Below are positions 1 through 9,489 of a stretch of 64,000 nucleotides of DNA, one piece after another (the stretch's first letter is position 1; each line of letters opens with the position of its first letter). The notes under the pieces were generated by a model. The model had not been told where the DNA came from, made no database searches, and worked only from the letters and a program-made list of their open reading frames with translations. Both the position numbers and the translations under genes were made by a program. Source of the DNA: a virus. The DNA lies in IMG/VR virus record IMGVR_UViG_3300035698_034402, positions 20,989-84,988 of that record, one strand, 5' to 3'.

Positions 1-181
1 TGCACGATCCGGACTTCTTTCGGCGACTGGGTGGCTTTTACATCGGGAAAGGGTTCATGGACGCGGCGCAGCGGGGAGGCAAATCAGAAATCCACGGTCA
101 GAACTGGGGGCACTCTTTGGCGCAGGGGCAGGAGTTTGGTAAGCAATTGGCTACTAAGGGTGTGTATTAAAACTAATGGTT

Positions 182-211
182 TTGAGGGGTCCGAGGTCGG
201 CTTAGTATACT
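182..211 (+). promoter_or_regulatory. Possible sigma70-type promoter upstream of the + strand gene cluster
   Basis: TTGAGG (182-187), 18-nt spacer, TATACT (206-211) in an AT-richer stretch before the first ORF. Confidence 0.3.
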
Positions 212-274
212 GACGAGTATGTCTGGGTGGTTCAACAGGGGAGTTCTCCAGGACGATTTTTGACAGGGTAGCTA

Positions 275-1417
275 GTGCTTACAGCTGAAACAGCTATTTT
301 GCTTGATGATTTTAGCCAATGTCCTGCGGGGGCTGTTCGTATCGGCGACCGTGTGATGACCGCGGACGAGAGCAGGCAGCTGCAATCGCAGCCGGTAGTG
401 GGGCTTCGTAGTGCTTCCGCGGATTGCTATCATGCGGAGTTTTCCGAGCAGAACCGAAGGAAAGAGCGAAAGACTTATGTAGTTGCTGCGTCTCCAGAAA
501 CGGAGATTTTGTCTTTATACGATCCGGGATCGCGGGAGATGTCGGGGCGAACACCCAGTTTTAATGCCTTTGTTGCGGGACCTCGTTCGGCGCAGTTCCG
601 TGGCGTGTTGCATGGCGGTCTGTATGACGATGCCTCCATGCCTAGCGACTCTCGCGATTTATTGTTGGGAATGTTATTGGGCGACGGCTATTACGCGCCT
701 AGTAGCCAGTCTGGAGTGTATCTTTCATGTTACGATCCTACGTTGATAGACGATACCCGGGAGTATTTGCACGGCTTGGGGCTTGTGGCACGGAGTACTG
801 CAGCGCGCCCGGAGTTATATCGCCTGGTGCCTTTCGGACGAAGTGAGGGGCGTTATTACGCATTTGCTAGTAACGATCCGGCACTGGCTATGCTTAGAGA
901 TTTGGGCGTTGAGCGCAAGCTTGCCCACGAAAAGGTGATTCCCGAGGTAGGCTATAGCTGGTCGAATGCGTCCGTGGCTCGTTTGCTATCCGGGCTGCTA
1001 GTGACTGACGGATCAATTTTCTCCCCGTGTGACAGAAGTCACGGCGCGGTGTTTGTTTCGTTTGCTTCAACATCGGAACGTATGGTTCACCAGATCGCGG
1101 AATTGCTTAAGACGCGATTTGGCGTTCACGATTGTCGATTTGTCTCTCATAGCGGCGAGAGAAACAACGCTCTGCATACGTTGAGAGTTATGTCGGCTTA
1201 CTCGGTGCGGAGATTGCTTCGCACGATACCGCTATTCGGCGTAAAGAAATTGCGGGCGGCACAACTTATGCGTTCGTGGACAACGAAGAAAGAACGTCTG
1301 TACGGCTGTTTGAAGCGCGGACCGGTAGTGCATCGCGGGAGCGAAGAGTGCGTAAGCATTCAGATCCCAGCGGAATCGGTGGTGCTCGGCTGCGGACTTA
1401 TTGCGAGGGTTGATTAA
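275..1417 (+). CDS. Free-standing intein-like (HINT) LAGLIDADG/DOD homing endonuclease, probably non-splicing
   Basis: Two LAGLIDADG-like helices (LLGMLLGDGY, LLSGLLVTDGS); N-terminus resembles intein block A (VLTAETAILLDD...IGDRVMT); C-terminus resembles blocks F/G (GSEECVSIQI...VLGCGLIA) but lacks the terminal His-Asn; in-frame TAG at 269-271. Confidence 0.75.
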   Translation: MLTAETAILLDDFSQCPAGAVRIGDRVMTADESRQLQSQPVVGLRSASADCYHAEFSEQNRRKERKTYVVAASPETEILSLYDPGSREMSGRTPSFNAFVAGPRSAQFRGVLHGGLYDDASMPSDSRDLLLGMLLGDGYYAPSSQSGVYLSCYDPTLIDDTREYLHGLGLVARSTAARPELYRLVPFGRSEGRYYAFASNDPALAMLRDLGVERKLAHEKVIPEVGYSWSNASVARLLSGLLVTDGSIFSPCDRSHGAVFVSFASTSERMVHQIAELLKTRFGVHDCRFVSHSGERNNALHTLRVMSAYSVRRLLRTIPLFGVKKLRAAQLMRSWTTKKERLYGCLKRGPVVHRGSEECVSIQIPAESVVLGCGLIARVD

Positions 1418-3748
1418 ATGCGTAAACAAGCGACTGGTGTAGGTTCGCCATCCGACGGTGACTTCGAGGTCACGCTTTCTGATTTAGCCCATGCACAATT
1501 GCGGGATCGTGCTCCGGCGCTGTTGGACTACTTGCTCGGGTTCCAGGTGCTGGACCAGAACGAAGATCAAACACACGGCATCGGGATCATGGGCTTCAAG
1601 ATCGGCGAGCAGATGTTGTTTGTGCCGAGCTTTTTCCTCAACGGGGAGCTGAAACAGAGTCTTATCTACATCAAGAATCAGGATCTGTTTGTTCCACTGC
1701 AGGACAATTGGGTGACTTATCTGCTCAATCGACGTCCGTTTACCATGGGCGAGCCCGAACCGCGCAAGGAGCAGGAATTGGGCGTGCAGCAGCCGGATCT
1801 GTCGGTATTGTCCAATACTCGTACGGGGGCAGCTGGCGGGGCAGATCTTTTTTCTCAGCGACAGGCCAGCTGGGAGCCTTGGACTGCGGGCATCGAACAA
1901 ATGCTCGTTAGAATCGGCGGGCGGTACCAGGAGCTTCCCACTTTGCCGGGATTTTTGTCCAAGACGGCAGCTTATGGGACTTCGCGTGCTTTGCTATGCA
2001 CTATGCGTTCCGATCCTCCGTTTGCCGAAGTGGTGTTGGCCCAACGCCCTTTGCACGAGCTGGCGCACAAGCCCTCCGCGAAGGAGGGTTGTAGTTCGAG
2101 TCGTAAAAAACAGCGGCGGGTGGATCGATGGCATAAGCCTCCGCAGCAGAAGCGCTCCGCGTTACTATTTGACGAAGAAGACTTTTACGAGCGGAACGGT
2201 CCGCAGCGGGTGCGGGCGCTATACGGGCACGTCGAAGATCTGCTGCTATCCGATACGGAAAAGAGTGCGCTAGTCCGCGGGGAGTTCGTGTTCAAGGATG
2301 CGCGGGAGAAGGCTAACCAGGCCTACGCTGCGGAGACCGCGGAGCCCAAGAACCTGGCTAACCCTACCGAGAGCGGGCGTCATGAAATGTTGATTTCCAG
2401 CGGGGAGTATCGCGATGTGCTTATTGGCATCGGCCCCCGTGCTCTAGGCAAAGGTTATCTCCGTGTGGCCCTGGTGGTCGATCGGGATACCGGCAACTAC
2501 GGATACTGGTGGCCGGAGAGCATCTGGGTTAAACCCAAGGAAGAGGTCTGCGAGGACGATGGGGACTACTTTTCCGCCCTTGCTGGCGCTGAATCGGCCG
2601 AGCCGAATAAGACCTACGCGTTAATCAGCAAGACTCGCCAGATGTCGGTCGCTTTCCGGGTGAAGCGCAAAGTTCGTACGGCGGACGGCAAGGTGGAGCT
2701 GTTCGTTCAGCCGATGGTAACTGACCCGGGAGCCAAACCCAGCGTGCTGGAGCCTTATAGGCAGGAAGATGTAGTCCAGTTCGGTGACGGACCGCATCTG
2801 GCTCATGTTGGTAATGTAACCAGTGGCGCCCCTTCCGACTCCGGCTTCGACTCCGAACCCGACTCCGAACCCGATTCGGGCTCTACGCCGGAGTTTGCTC
2901 AGCTATCTCATATTGTTCTGGTGGACGATGACCGAGATCTTCGGGTTGTAAGACAGACCTTATTTGCTCCCAAGACTGCCAAGCTGATCTCGTTGAAAGA
3001 GGGCGAGGCGCTGGAAAGCTGGGGCATGAACGATCCCACCGGCTTGTTAGATGTAGAGATCAAATTGCTCAAGTCCGGCGCGGTCGAGCCCTTGGAGCTG
3101 CTGAAGAAGAGCGAGGGGGTCTATTTGAACAACGTTGGCCCGCACACTCGGGAGCAGGCCGTGCTTGCCTTGGTTAAGTGTGCTGGGTTACGTGGCCCGC
3201 AGGCTGTAGGCATGCTCAATCAAGCGCCGCTGGACCGGCGTCAGCAATTTTTGGTCAAGAATAATATCGGTATGTCAGGGGGGTTTCCGGAACCGGCATA
3301 TGGCTATGACGACTACTCCGGGGCGCTGGAGCAATATCCTACTGAGGACCAGGTGCCTGTGGATATGCCGATGGGAGCTGGGCCGGAGGCTTATCTGGGC
3401 AAGCCCGAGAAACACCAGATCATGGAAGCGGCTCAGACCGGGCAGAAGGATATTTTTGACGCTTCGGCTATTGCCTCCCTGGTGCGTACCTCTGATAGCG
3501 AGGATCTGATCACCCAGTACCTGTCCGACATTATTCTGGGCCTGGACCGGGTCGGGAGAATTCTGTTCATGTACTACTGGCTCAATGAGCAGTTCCGCGA
3601 TCGCTACGGGCAGGAGAACATGGTCGAATTGGAGGACCAGCTCAAATCCGTGCTGAAGGGCACTGGGGACCTGGTTCTCTTCCTTAAGCAGCGGCAGGTG
3701 GAGGGATCGCCGACGGACTCGATGGATATTGATCTGGGCGTGAGATGA
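1418..3748 (+). CDS. Large hypothetical head-module protein (776 aa)
   Basis: Long ORF starting directly after the previous stop; several K-x-A motifs; acidic DSEP microrepeat; upstream of the protease/capsid genes. Confidence 0.6.
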   Translation: MRKQATGVGSPSDGDFEVTLSDLAHAQLRDRAPALLDYLLGFQVLDQNEDQTHGIGIMGFKIGEQMLFVPSFFLNGELKQSLIYIKNQDLFVPLQDNWVTYLLNRRPFTMGEPEPRKEQELGVQQPDLSVLSNTRTGAAGGADLFSQRQASWEPWTAGIEQMLVRIGGRYQELPTLPGFLSKTAAYGTSRALLCTMRSDPPFAEVVLAQRPLHELAHKPSAKEGCSSSRKKQRRVDRWHKPPQQKRSALLFDEEDFYERNGPQRVRALYGHVEDLLLSDTEKSALVRGEFVFKDAREKANQAYAAETAEPKNLANPTESGRHEMLISSGEYRDVLIGIGPRALGKGYLRVALVVDRDTGNYGYWWPESIWVKPKEEVCEDDGDYFSALAGAESAEPNKTYALISKTRQMSVAFRVKRKVRTADGKVELFVQPMVTDPGAKPSVLEPYRQEDVVQFGDGPHLAHVGNVTSGAPSDSGFDSEPDSEPDSGSTPEFAQLSHIVLVDDDRDLRVVRQTLFAPKTAKLISLKEGEALESWGMNDPTGLLDVEIKLLKSGAVEPLELLKKSEGVYLNNVGPHTREQAVLALVKCAGLRGPQAVGMLNQAPLDRRQQFLVKNNIGMSGGFPEPAYGYDDYSGALEQYPTEDQVPVDMPMGAGPEAYLGKPEKHQIMEAAQTGQKDIFDASAIASLVRTSDSEDLITQYLSDIILGLDRVGRILFMYYWLNEQFRDRYGQENMVELEDQLKSVLKGTGDLVLFLKQRQVEGSPTDSMDIDLGVR
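2836..2880 (+). repeat. 12-bp in-frame microrepeat (gactccgaaccc; DSEP)
   Basis: tccgactccggcttcgactccgaacccgactccgaacccgattcg. Confidence 0.6.
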
Positions 3749-3887
3749 TGGCTTTACGTGTCTTCTTTGGGAGCTGAAACGGCTGACTACTGCTCTAGCT
3801 CATTTTAGCCGAAGAGAACTTGTCCCGCTGCCTACTGCGACGGAGCTGGAGGAGGTACGCCGCCGCGCCTACAGCCTGCGCTCTCTG

Positions 3888-4751
3888 TTGGATCCGGAGT
3901 GGCGTTATACCCGCAGCCGCAGTTTACATACTGAGGGCGTTATCCGGTATCGCAGCTCGGAAGATCCCTGGGTGGCCCAGTTGGGCAGTTTTTTGCGGGC
4001 ATTTCATAGTTCAACGGTCGCAGGATTGAGCGCCATAGAAGACCGGTTCCCCGATATCTACTGGGCCTATCAGACGCAGACTATGGAGACTCGTGGCCCG
4101 CGGTACCATCTGGAAGCTTTGGTGCTTACTAGCCTTCCTACTGACGAAATCGCCGATTATTTGGGTCTGCCACCTGCTGTAGTGCTCGCTTATGAGCAGT
4201 GTTTCTTTGATCTGCGCCAACATTTAGCTCGTCCGGAGGCCATTCGCACCTATATTGGCGCTCGTTCACGTGCCCGGGGTATGCGGGACCTGGATCCGGA
4301 TCCGTTTTGGAAGCGGATAGCTCTGTCGGAGGGCGAAGCTTTGTTGTTCTCCTTATGGGATGACGGTGTGCTCGGTCCGGCGGATCGCAAGAAGCTCGAC
4401 GCCCTTATCGAATCGGATGCCCGGCGTAACGCCTTGGAAGCTATGCGGGTTCGACACATCAATTCGGCCAACGCTCACGAGGTCATGGAAGAGTACATCG
4501 CGATTTGCCGGAACGAAACAGAGCGGCTGAAGGCGGAAGCGGAGGTGGGAGAGGCTGCGGGCAGTGTACAAGAATTTGTTGCAGGACTGTTCCACGCCGT
4601 ACAATTTTCAATAGCGCCGGTAGGAAAGGGCGCAGAACAGTCCTATATCGAATTGACGAGCGCGCTGGCGCAGGCTCCTGCTTTGCTAGAACGTTTGCAG
4701 GGCGCGGCTGTGGAGACTAAACATGTCGACATATCAGAAGGCAGCGAATGA
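3888..4751 (+). CDS. Hypothetical protein (start uncertain; frame is open from 3744)
   Basis: 287-aa ORF with an HTH-like segment (LPTDEIADYLGLPPAVVLAYE); overlaps the next gene. Confidence 0.6.
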   Translation: MDPEWRYTRSRSLHTEGVIRYRSSEDPWVAQLGSFLRAFHSSTVAGLSAIEDRFPDIYWAYQTQTMETRGPRYHLEALVLTSLPTDEIADYLGLPPAVVLAYEQCFFDLRQHLARPEAIRTYIGARSRARGMRDLDPDPFWKRIALSEGEALLFSLWDDGVLGPADRKKLDALIESDARRNALEAMRVRHINSANAHEVMEEYIAICRNETERLKAEAEVGEAAGSVQEFVAGLFHAVQFSIAPVGKGAEQSYIELTSALAQAPALLERLQGAAVETKHVDISEGSE

Positions 4752-5661
4752 CGCTTTGGCTACTCTGGATCGGCTGGAAACGGATTCAGAGGCAATAAAC
4801 CAATTAGGTCCCCTGTGCAAGCAAGCGGGGCTTGGCGACGACGAGGCCGTGTATCTCGTTAAATTCGCCCGTTCCTTTGAAGAGGTTACTGCTCTGTCTA
4901 CTGAGGACCTGGTGAAACGGGCGTTGAGGAAGTTTCTCCAGGGTCGCGATTCCGATGCCATCTACCGGGGGATCTCCCTTAGGCAACCGTCGGATTCGGT
5001 CAAATGTGCGGCAGCCTGCGAGATGCTTGGTATACAGGACCTGCGTGAACGTCCCGAGGACGCGGCTCTGGCCGTCGAGCTGGAAAAGCGCGCTATTGGC
5101 GGAGGGATCAGGGCGCTTGGACAGTTGGGGAGGTCGATGGGTCGAGCGGGGCGTTCAGGGGGAAGTTTGATCCGTGGAGGCTCGCGTGCATCTCGTCCGA
5201 GTATTGCGTCTCGCGTGTCCGGTTTGAGAGGAGCGCGTGGCGGAAGAGGCGTCGGTGAAGTAGCCGGGCTGGGGACTGGCCGAATCGGGGGTGTTGCCGG
5301 AGCAGCTGAGGCAGGCGGCGCTGGTGCGGGTGGGATCGGAAATATCGGCGGAGGAGGAGGCGCAGGTGGAGCAGCTGGAGGGGGCTGGGGGAGAACTGCG
5401 CTAGGGGTCGGTGCCGGAGGTGGAGCGGGTTACGGCCTGTCCGAGTTGTCGGGTCCCTCCCGGGAGGAAATGCAGCGAGAATTTTTTCAACAGTACGCTG
5501 TGCCAGCGGTGCAAAGCATGGCCCGGCAGGGGGATATCCCGGGAATTGTGGACTTGATTCAGCAGGCTAAAAGTGCGGATATTCCACCAGAACTTTGGCA
5601 GGCGCTGGCGCGGGCGATGCATTACAACCGCAATTCTTTTATTCCTCAGCACTGGGCATAG
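4723..5661 (+). CDS. Putative internal head/ejection protein, Gly-rich
   Basis: K-x-A-rich N-half (QKAA, CKQA, VKRA, VKCA, EKRA) followed by an Arg/Gly-rich segment and a glycine-zipper-like segment. Confidence 0.55.
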   Translation: MSTYQKAANDALATLDRLETDSEAINQLGPLCKQAGLGDDEAVYLVKFARSFEEVTALSTEDLVKRALRKFLQGRDSDAIYRGISLRQPSDSVKCAAACEMLGIQDLRERPEDAALAVELEKRAIGGGIRALGQLGRSMGRAGRSGGSLIRGGSRASRPSIASRVSGLRGARGGRGVGEVAGLGTGRIGGVAGAAEAGGAGAGGIGNIGGGGGAGGAAGGGWGRTALGVGAGGGAGYGLSELSGPSREEMQREFFQQYAVPAVQSMARQGDIPGIVDLIQQAKSADIPPELWQALARAMHYNRNSFIPQHWA

Positions 5662-5669
5662 GGCTAGTT

Positions 5670-7010
5670 ATGAAGACGTTATCAAGAACTCAGGAATTGC
5701 GCGTCATCGACGCTGCTGAACGGATGGTAGATCTGTCCAATCAGGGGGTTTCCCCTAACGACGCGCTTTTCAAGGTGGCCACGGACGAGAGCTTGAATCC
5801 GGAGTTCGTTCGGCGTCTGACGGAGGTTTACAATACCAGCCGCATGCTGGCTCATTTCCAGACGTGTGCTCCGGAGAAGCGGGCTGACGAGTTTCCGCTG
5901 GCCAGTGCCGAGATCGTGCTGAAGCGTATGTATCCTCAAACGATCGAGGCCGACGGGGTCAAGGCGGCTCGGGAACAATGCCATTCGACCTGGTTCAGTC
6001 CGCCTCCGGATTTCAACCGTCCGCAAGCCCTGGAGAAGACAGCGGTGGCTGCCGTTCCTATGGAGTCTTCATACGGACTCGCAGATCCGAATTTGCTAAT
6101 CAAACGTGCCCGTAATCATCTGGCGTCGTTAAAACGAAACGCGGAGATTGCCCGGACAGACGAGCAGTATTCTCGTGAGCTGGTGCGGGATAGCATCGCG
6201 AAGACGGCAGCATATTTTCGCTCGTTGGACCATGTGCCGTTCGAGCGGGTGGAGTCGGCGGTTCTGACACATTTTGGGGATACTGTTGCTAAGCCGCTGA
6301 TGAACGCGGTTTATTTGGCCTGTCGTGGAGAGACCTTCGGGGAGAAGCGCGGCGCGGCGGATGGTTTGCCGAAGGTATTCAGCCGGGAAGATGATCCTTA
6401 TAGCCATATTTTTGCCGCGGTAGAACGAGCGCGGGAATGGCACAAGGCCGCTGCGGAGGACCAGATGGTTCGTGCTGACGTCCGGCAGTTTGGCGCGGCA
6501 TTGCAAGAGCGCCTGCAAAAGCTCGCGGGGCCGAGGAGGACTCGCATCCCTTTCCCTTTTACTGAGATTGCCAAGAGCGCTGTAGGCCTGTTACCTACGT
6601 TGGCAAGTGGCACGTTTATCGGAAGCAAGCTGAACGAAATGATAGAGGATCCCGCGGAGTTCGAGCAGCGGGTGCAGGGGGCGGCGGATCCGGAGCAGGA
6701 TATTAAGTTGCGCGCGATTCAGACGCGGGCCATGCTGAACGAGTTCATGACCTCGGATCCGGTAATCTCCGGTTACCCTCCGGAAGCAATTATGGCGGCG
6801 TACAATGAGATTTCGCAGATGACCCCTCGGGTGGCCGATCAACCGATGCTTCTACGGGGGATGCTGGCTCGGCGGCTGGAAATGGGCCGGTCGGAACCAT
6901 TCGAGGCCGATCAGGCGATTACCGCGGAAACCGGACTCAAAAAACTCGAAGAACCTCAACGAGCACCGGATAGCCCATCGACATGGACAAGCAAGCCGCT
7001 GAAAAATTAG
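5670..7010 (+). CDS. Putative internal head protein
   Basis: ATG at 5670 after the previous stop; about 9 K-x-A motifs; helical composition. Confidence 0.6.
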   Translation: MKTLSRTQELRVIDAAERMVDLSNQGVSPNDALFKVATDESLNPEFVRRLTEVYNTSRMLAHFQTCAPEKRADEFPLASAEIVLKRMYPQTIEADGVKAAREQCHSTWFSPPPDFNRPQALEKTAVAAVPMESSYGLADPNLLIKRARNHLASLKRNAEIARTDEQYSRELVRDSIAKTAAYFRSLDHVPFERVESAVLTHFGDTVAKPLMNAVYLACRGETFGEKRGAADGLPKVFSREDDPYSHIFAAVERAREWHKAAAEDQMVRADVRQFGAALQERLQKLAGPRRTRIPFPFTEIAKSAVGLLPTLASGTFIGSKLNEMIEDPAEFEQRVQGAADPEQDIKLRAIQTRAMLNEFMTSDPVISGYPPEAIMAAYNEISQMTPRVADQPMLLRGMLARRLEMGRSEPFEADQAITAETGLKKLEEPQRAPDSPSTWTSKPLKN

Positions 7011-8065
7011 CCTCTGAACTAGCCGAATTGGCCATGGAAAAGCGGGCGCTAAGCCCTCAAGAGTGGCCGAGTTGGTTATGGCAGAAGTTCAATGAACTGC
7101 CTCGGGAGCAGCGTAACGCCCTCGTTGCGAGTCTTGCTGGAGGGGCGGCTACCGGCGGAGGATCTGCGCTGACTGGCGGGAACGTTCCTCTGGATACGAT
7201 TTTGGGGCTGTTGCTTGGCGGGGGCGCGGGCTACGCGGGTACTCGCTTGGCGGACTATTTCAAGGGGCGTACACCAATTCCGAGTCGTGAGTTACCGCCT
7301 GAAAGGTGGCGGGAGATTAATGAGGAGTTGCCTAAGAGTCCCTCTTGGGAGAAAGCAAAGCGCATTGGTGGAGCAGGCGCTCGTGGCGCTGCCGTTGGAG
7401 GAGCAGGCACAGCGCTAGGGCTGGGGGCAGCCGGGAGATTACAGCGCGGTGGAGCTGCCGCTATTGCCGAGTCGGTTGGGGGACTTCAAGAGGCGCGGGG
7501 AGAGCTGTCCGGGCTGCTTCAGACTTTGGAGCACATGCGGTCAGGGAATATTAAAGAAGTTCAGACGGCGCGAGGAGAAGTGTCCGAACTGCTTCATAAT
7601 TTGGAGCGCGTGCAGGCAGGGAAGCCTAAGGTAAAAAAGTGGCATTCTCTTGCGGAATTGGAGCGCGCAATTGACCTTAAAACCGAGGCTTTGGGGCACA
7701 CGATGCCGCAGCAGGCCGTTCAGAATGTTTACAAGGGCATGAACTGGAAGCAGCGCGCACGGGCGGCTGTCCCTGGGCTCGGAGGGCAAGCGCAAGCAAG
7801 GACCCAAGCCGAGGTCGCGAGGATGATAAGCGAGCTTAAGAAAGCGGGTCCTGCTGGCAGGCCGCTTAACCCGTTTCCTTGGCTCTCGTCCGGGTCCAAG
7901 GCCGAGAGTTTGAAGCATATTCGTCGCGCTTCGGGAAGACATCTGCGCGGCCTTGGAGCGATTAAAGGAAAAAAGGGTTGGTTGGCTGGGGGCGCTTTGC
8001 TCGCAGGTCTTTTGGGGGCAGGTTACGAGGCGCTTAAGAGCGGCGAGAAGGAGCCAGCAAAATGA
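6983..8065 (+). CDS. Putative ejection/internal head protein with glycine-zipper hydrophobic segments
   Basis: MDKQAAEKLAS...MEKRA leader followed by GxxxG hydrophobic helices (ILGLLLGGGAGYAG; WLAGGALLAGLLGAGY). Confidence 0.55.
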   Translation: MDKQAAEKLASELAELAMEKRALSPQEWPSWLWQKFNELPREQRNALVASLAGGAATGGGSALTGGNVPLDTILGLLLGGGAGYAGTRLADYFKGRTPIPSRELPPERWREINEELPKSPSWEKAKRIGGAGARGAAVGGAGTALGLGAAGRLQRGGAAAIAESVGGLQEARGELSGLLQTLEHMRSGNIKEVQTARGEVSELLHNLERVQAGKPKVKKWHSLAELERAIDLKTEALGHTMPQQAVQNVYKGMNWKQRARAAVPGLGGQAQARTQAEVARMISELKKAGPAGRPLNPFPWLSSGSKAESLKHIRRASGRHLRGLGAIKGKKGWLAGGALLAGLLGAGYEALKSGEKEPAK

Positions 8066-9429
8066 TCAAAGCTGTCTTAAGCGGATCATTTGAATTCGAT
8101 GACCGGGTAGCCGCTATTGTGCCTCTCCATAAAACGGGAGTTGATAGTGGCTGGATGAAGAAACGAGCTGCAGCGCCGTTGTTCGATTTTTCCAAGTTGG
8201 CTGCGGAAGCGCGACCTGACGAGACGTTGGTTCATCTGCTGGCGTTGGGGGACGGAGAGACCCATGGATCTAACCGCAATGGCGATTTTTTCCCTAAGGT
8301 AGCGAATAAGAAATATCATCGCACGTTTTTGAAGGCGCACTATTTCCACGGCCACGACAACAAAGATCCGGCAAAAGCCTATGGGCGCGTAGCAGCTGCA
8401 GCGCATAACGAACCGATGGGTCGAGTGGAATTGGTGATCGGGCTGGATAATGATAAAGCTGCAAAGGATCTCGATGAGCTGAACAAGAAGGGCGAGTTCA
8501 GCGTATCGATGTCTTGCCGAGTGCCCTACGATGTTTGTTCGATTTGCGGCAATCGGGCAACGTCCCGCAAGGACTACTGCAAGCATGCCTCTTTGATGAT
8601 GGGGCAGATTATGGCTGACGGGAAGCAAGCCAGTGTGGTTAATGACCATCCAGATTTCTTCGATATTAGTAAGGTGTTTCGAGGGGCTGATCGAGTCGCC
8701 TTTACTTTCCGCAAGTTGGAGAAAGCAGCTTCTGAAGGCCGGACCCTTGGCGGGGCGGAACTGGCCGAATTGATGAATATCGCCGATCTCGCTGTTCCGA
8801 CGGTACCTTCGGCCTATGCGCGAAGGAAACAGGCCGTCTTGCAGCAAATGGCTAAGGCTGCGGGCGACATTCCGCCGGAATTCCGTAACGCGTTACGCGC
8901 TTCCAAGACAAACGGGGAAATTTTGGATTTGTTAAAGTCTGCGGGGGATCTGGAAGCGCTCTGCGGGGCGCTACATCGGGAAGGGGTATGCTTGCCGCTG
9001 AATGATTTTTTGGCGGTGACCGGCATGGACCAGCGGACCGCGGGAGCAGAAGTCCGGACAGCTATGCAAGGGCTGTTCGCTAAAGTTTCCGAGGACTCGG
9101 AATTGACCCGGCGATTGTGCTCTGATGGCTCCTACGACGGGGCTGTTTCTGCTGTGCCCATGAAGGTTAGTTCTGCGATACGTAGTTTGCGGGGGGAATT
9201 AGGATTGTTCCCTGCTGAAGCGCGCTGCCGGATTTTGTCGAAAGTGGCGGGCGACGGTTTGGGAGAAGTTCTCTTGGAAAAAAGTGCGGGAGAGGTTTCA
9301 TCCGCGGCGAAAGTGGCTGCGGAAGCGTACGCGGCCTATCTGCTTTCGTTTGCCGATGCTGCGGAAAGAACTGGAATTGGTTCTACAGGCTTTGTGCAAA
9401 ACTTGACGGCGCTCCGTGCCTTTGCTTAG
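8062..9429 (+). CDS. Prohead (capsid maturation) protease, assemblin/HK97-like with Zn-finger
   Basis: NRNGDFF, HYFHGHDN, GEFSVSMSC (putative catalytic Ser), CSICGN...YCKH; lies upstream of scaffold and capsid genes; K-x-A-rich C-terminal extension. Confidence 0.75.
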   Translation: MIKAVLSGSFEFDDRVAAIVPLHKTGVDSGWMKKRAAAPLFDFSKLAAEARPDETLVHLLALGDGETHGSNRNGDFFPKVANKKYHRTFLKAHYFHGHDNKDPAKAYGRVAAAAHNEPMGRVELVIGLDNDKAAKDLDELNKKGEFSVSMSCRVPYDVCSICGNRATSRKDYCKHASLMMGQIMADGKQASVVNDHPDFFDISKVFRGADRVAFTFRKLEKAASEGRTLGGAELAELMNIADLAVPTVPSAYARRKQAVLQQMAKAAGDIPPEFRNALRASKTNGEILDLLKSAGDLEALCGALHREGVCLPLNDFLAVTGMDQRTAGAEVRTAMQGLFAKVSEDSELTRRLCSDGSYDGAVSAVPMKVSSAIRSLRGELGLFPAEARCRILSKVAGDGLGEVLLEKSAGEVSSAAKVAAEAYAAYLLSFADAAERTGIGSTGFVQNLTALRAFA

Positions 9430-9489
9430 CTAGCAGGGTAGAGATAGTTTTTTAGTGTCGTCGGCCTATGTTGACGAAGGAGTGTACAC

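Noticed and set aside
31-213. 60-aa ORF at the window start
   Set aside because: No recognisable motif or RBS, and it overlaps the putative promoter; cannot be supported without upstream sequence.
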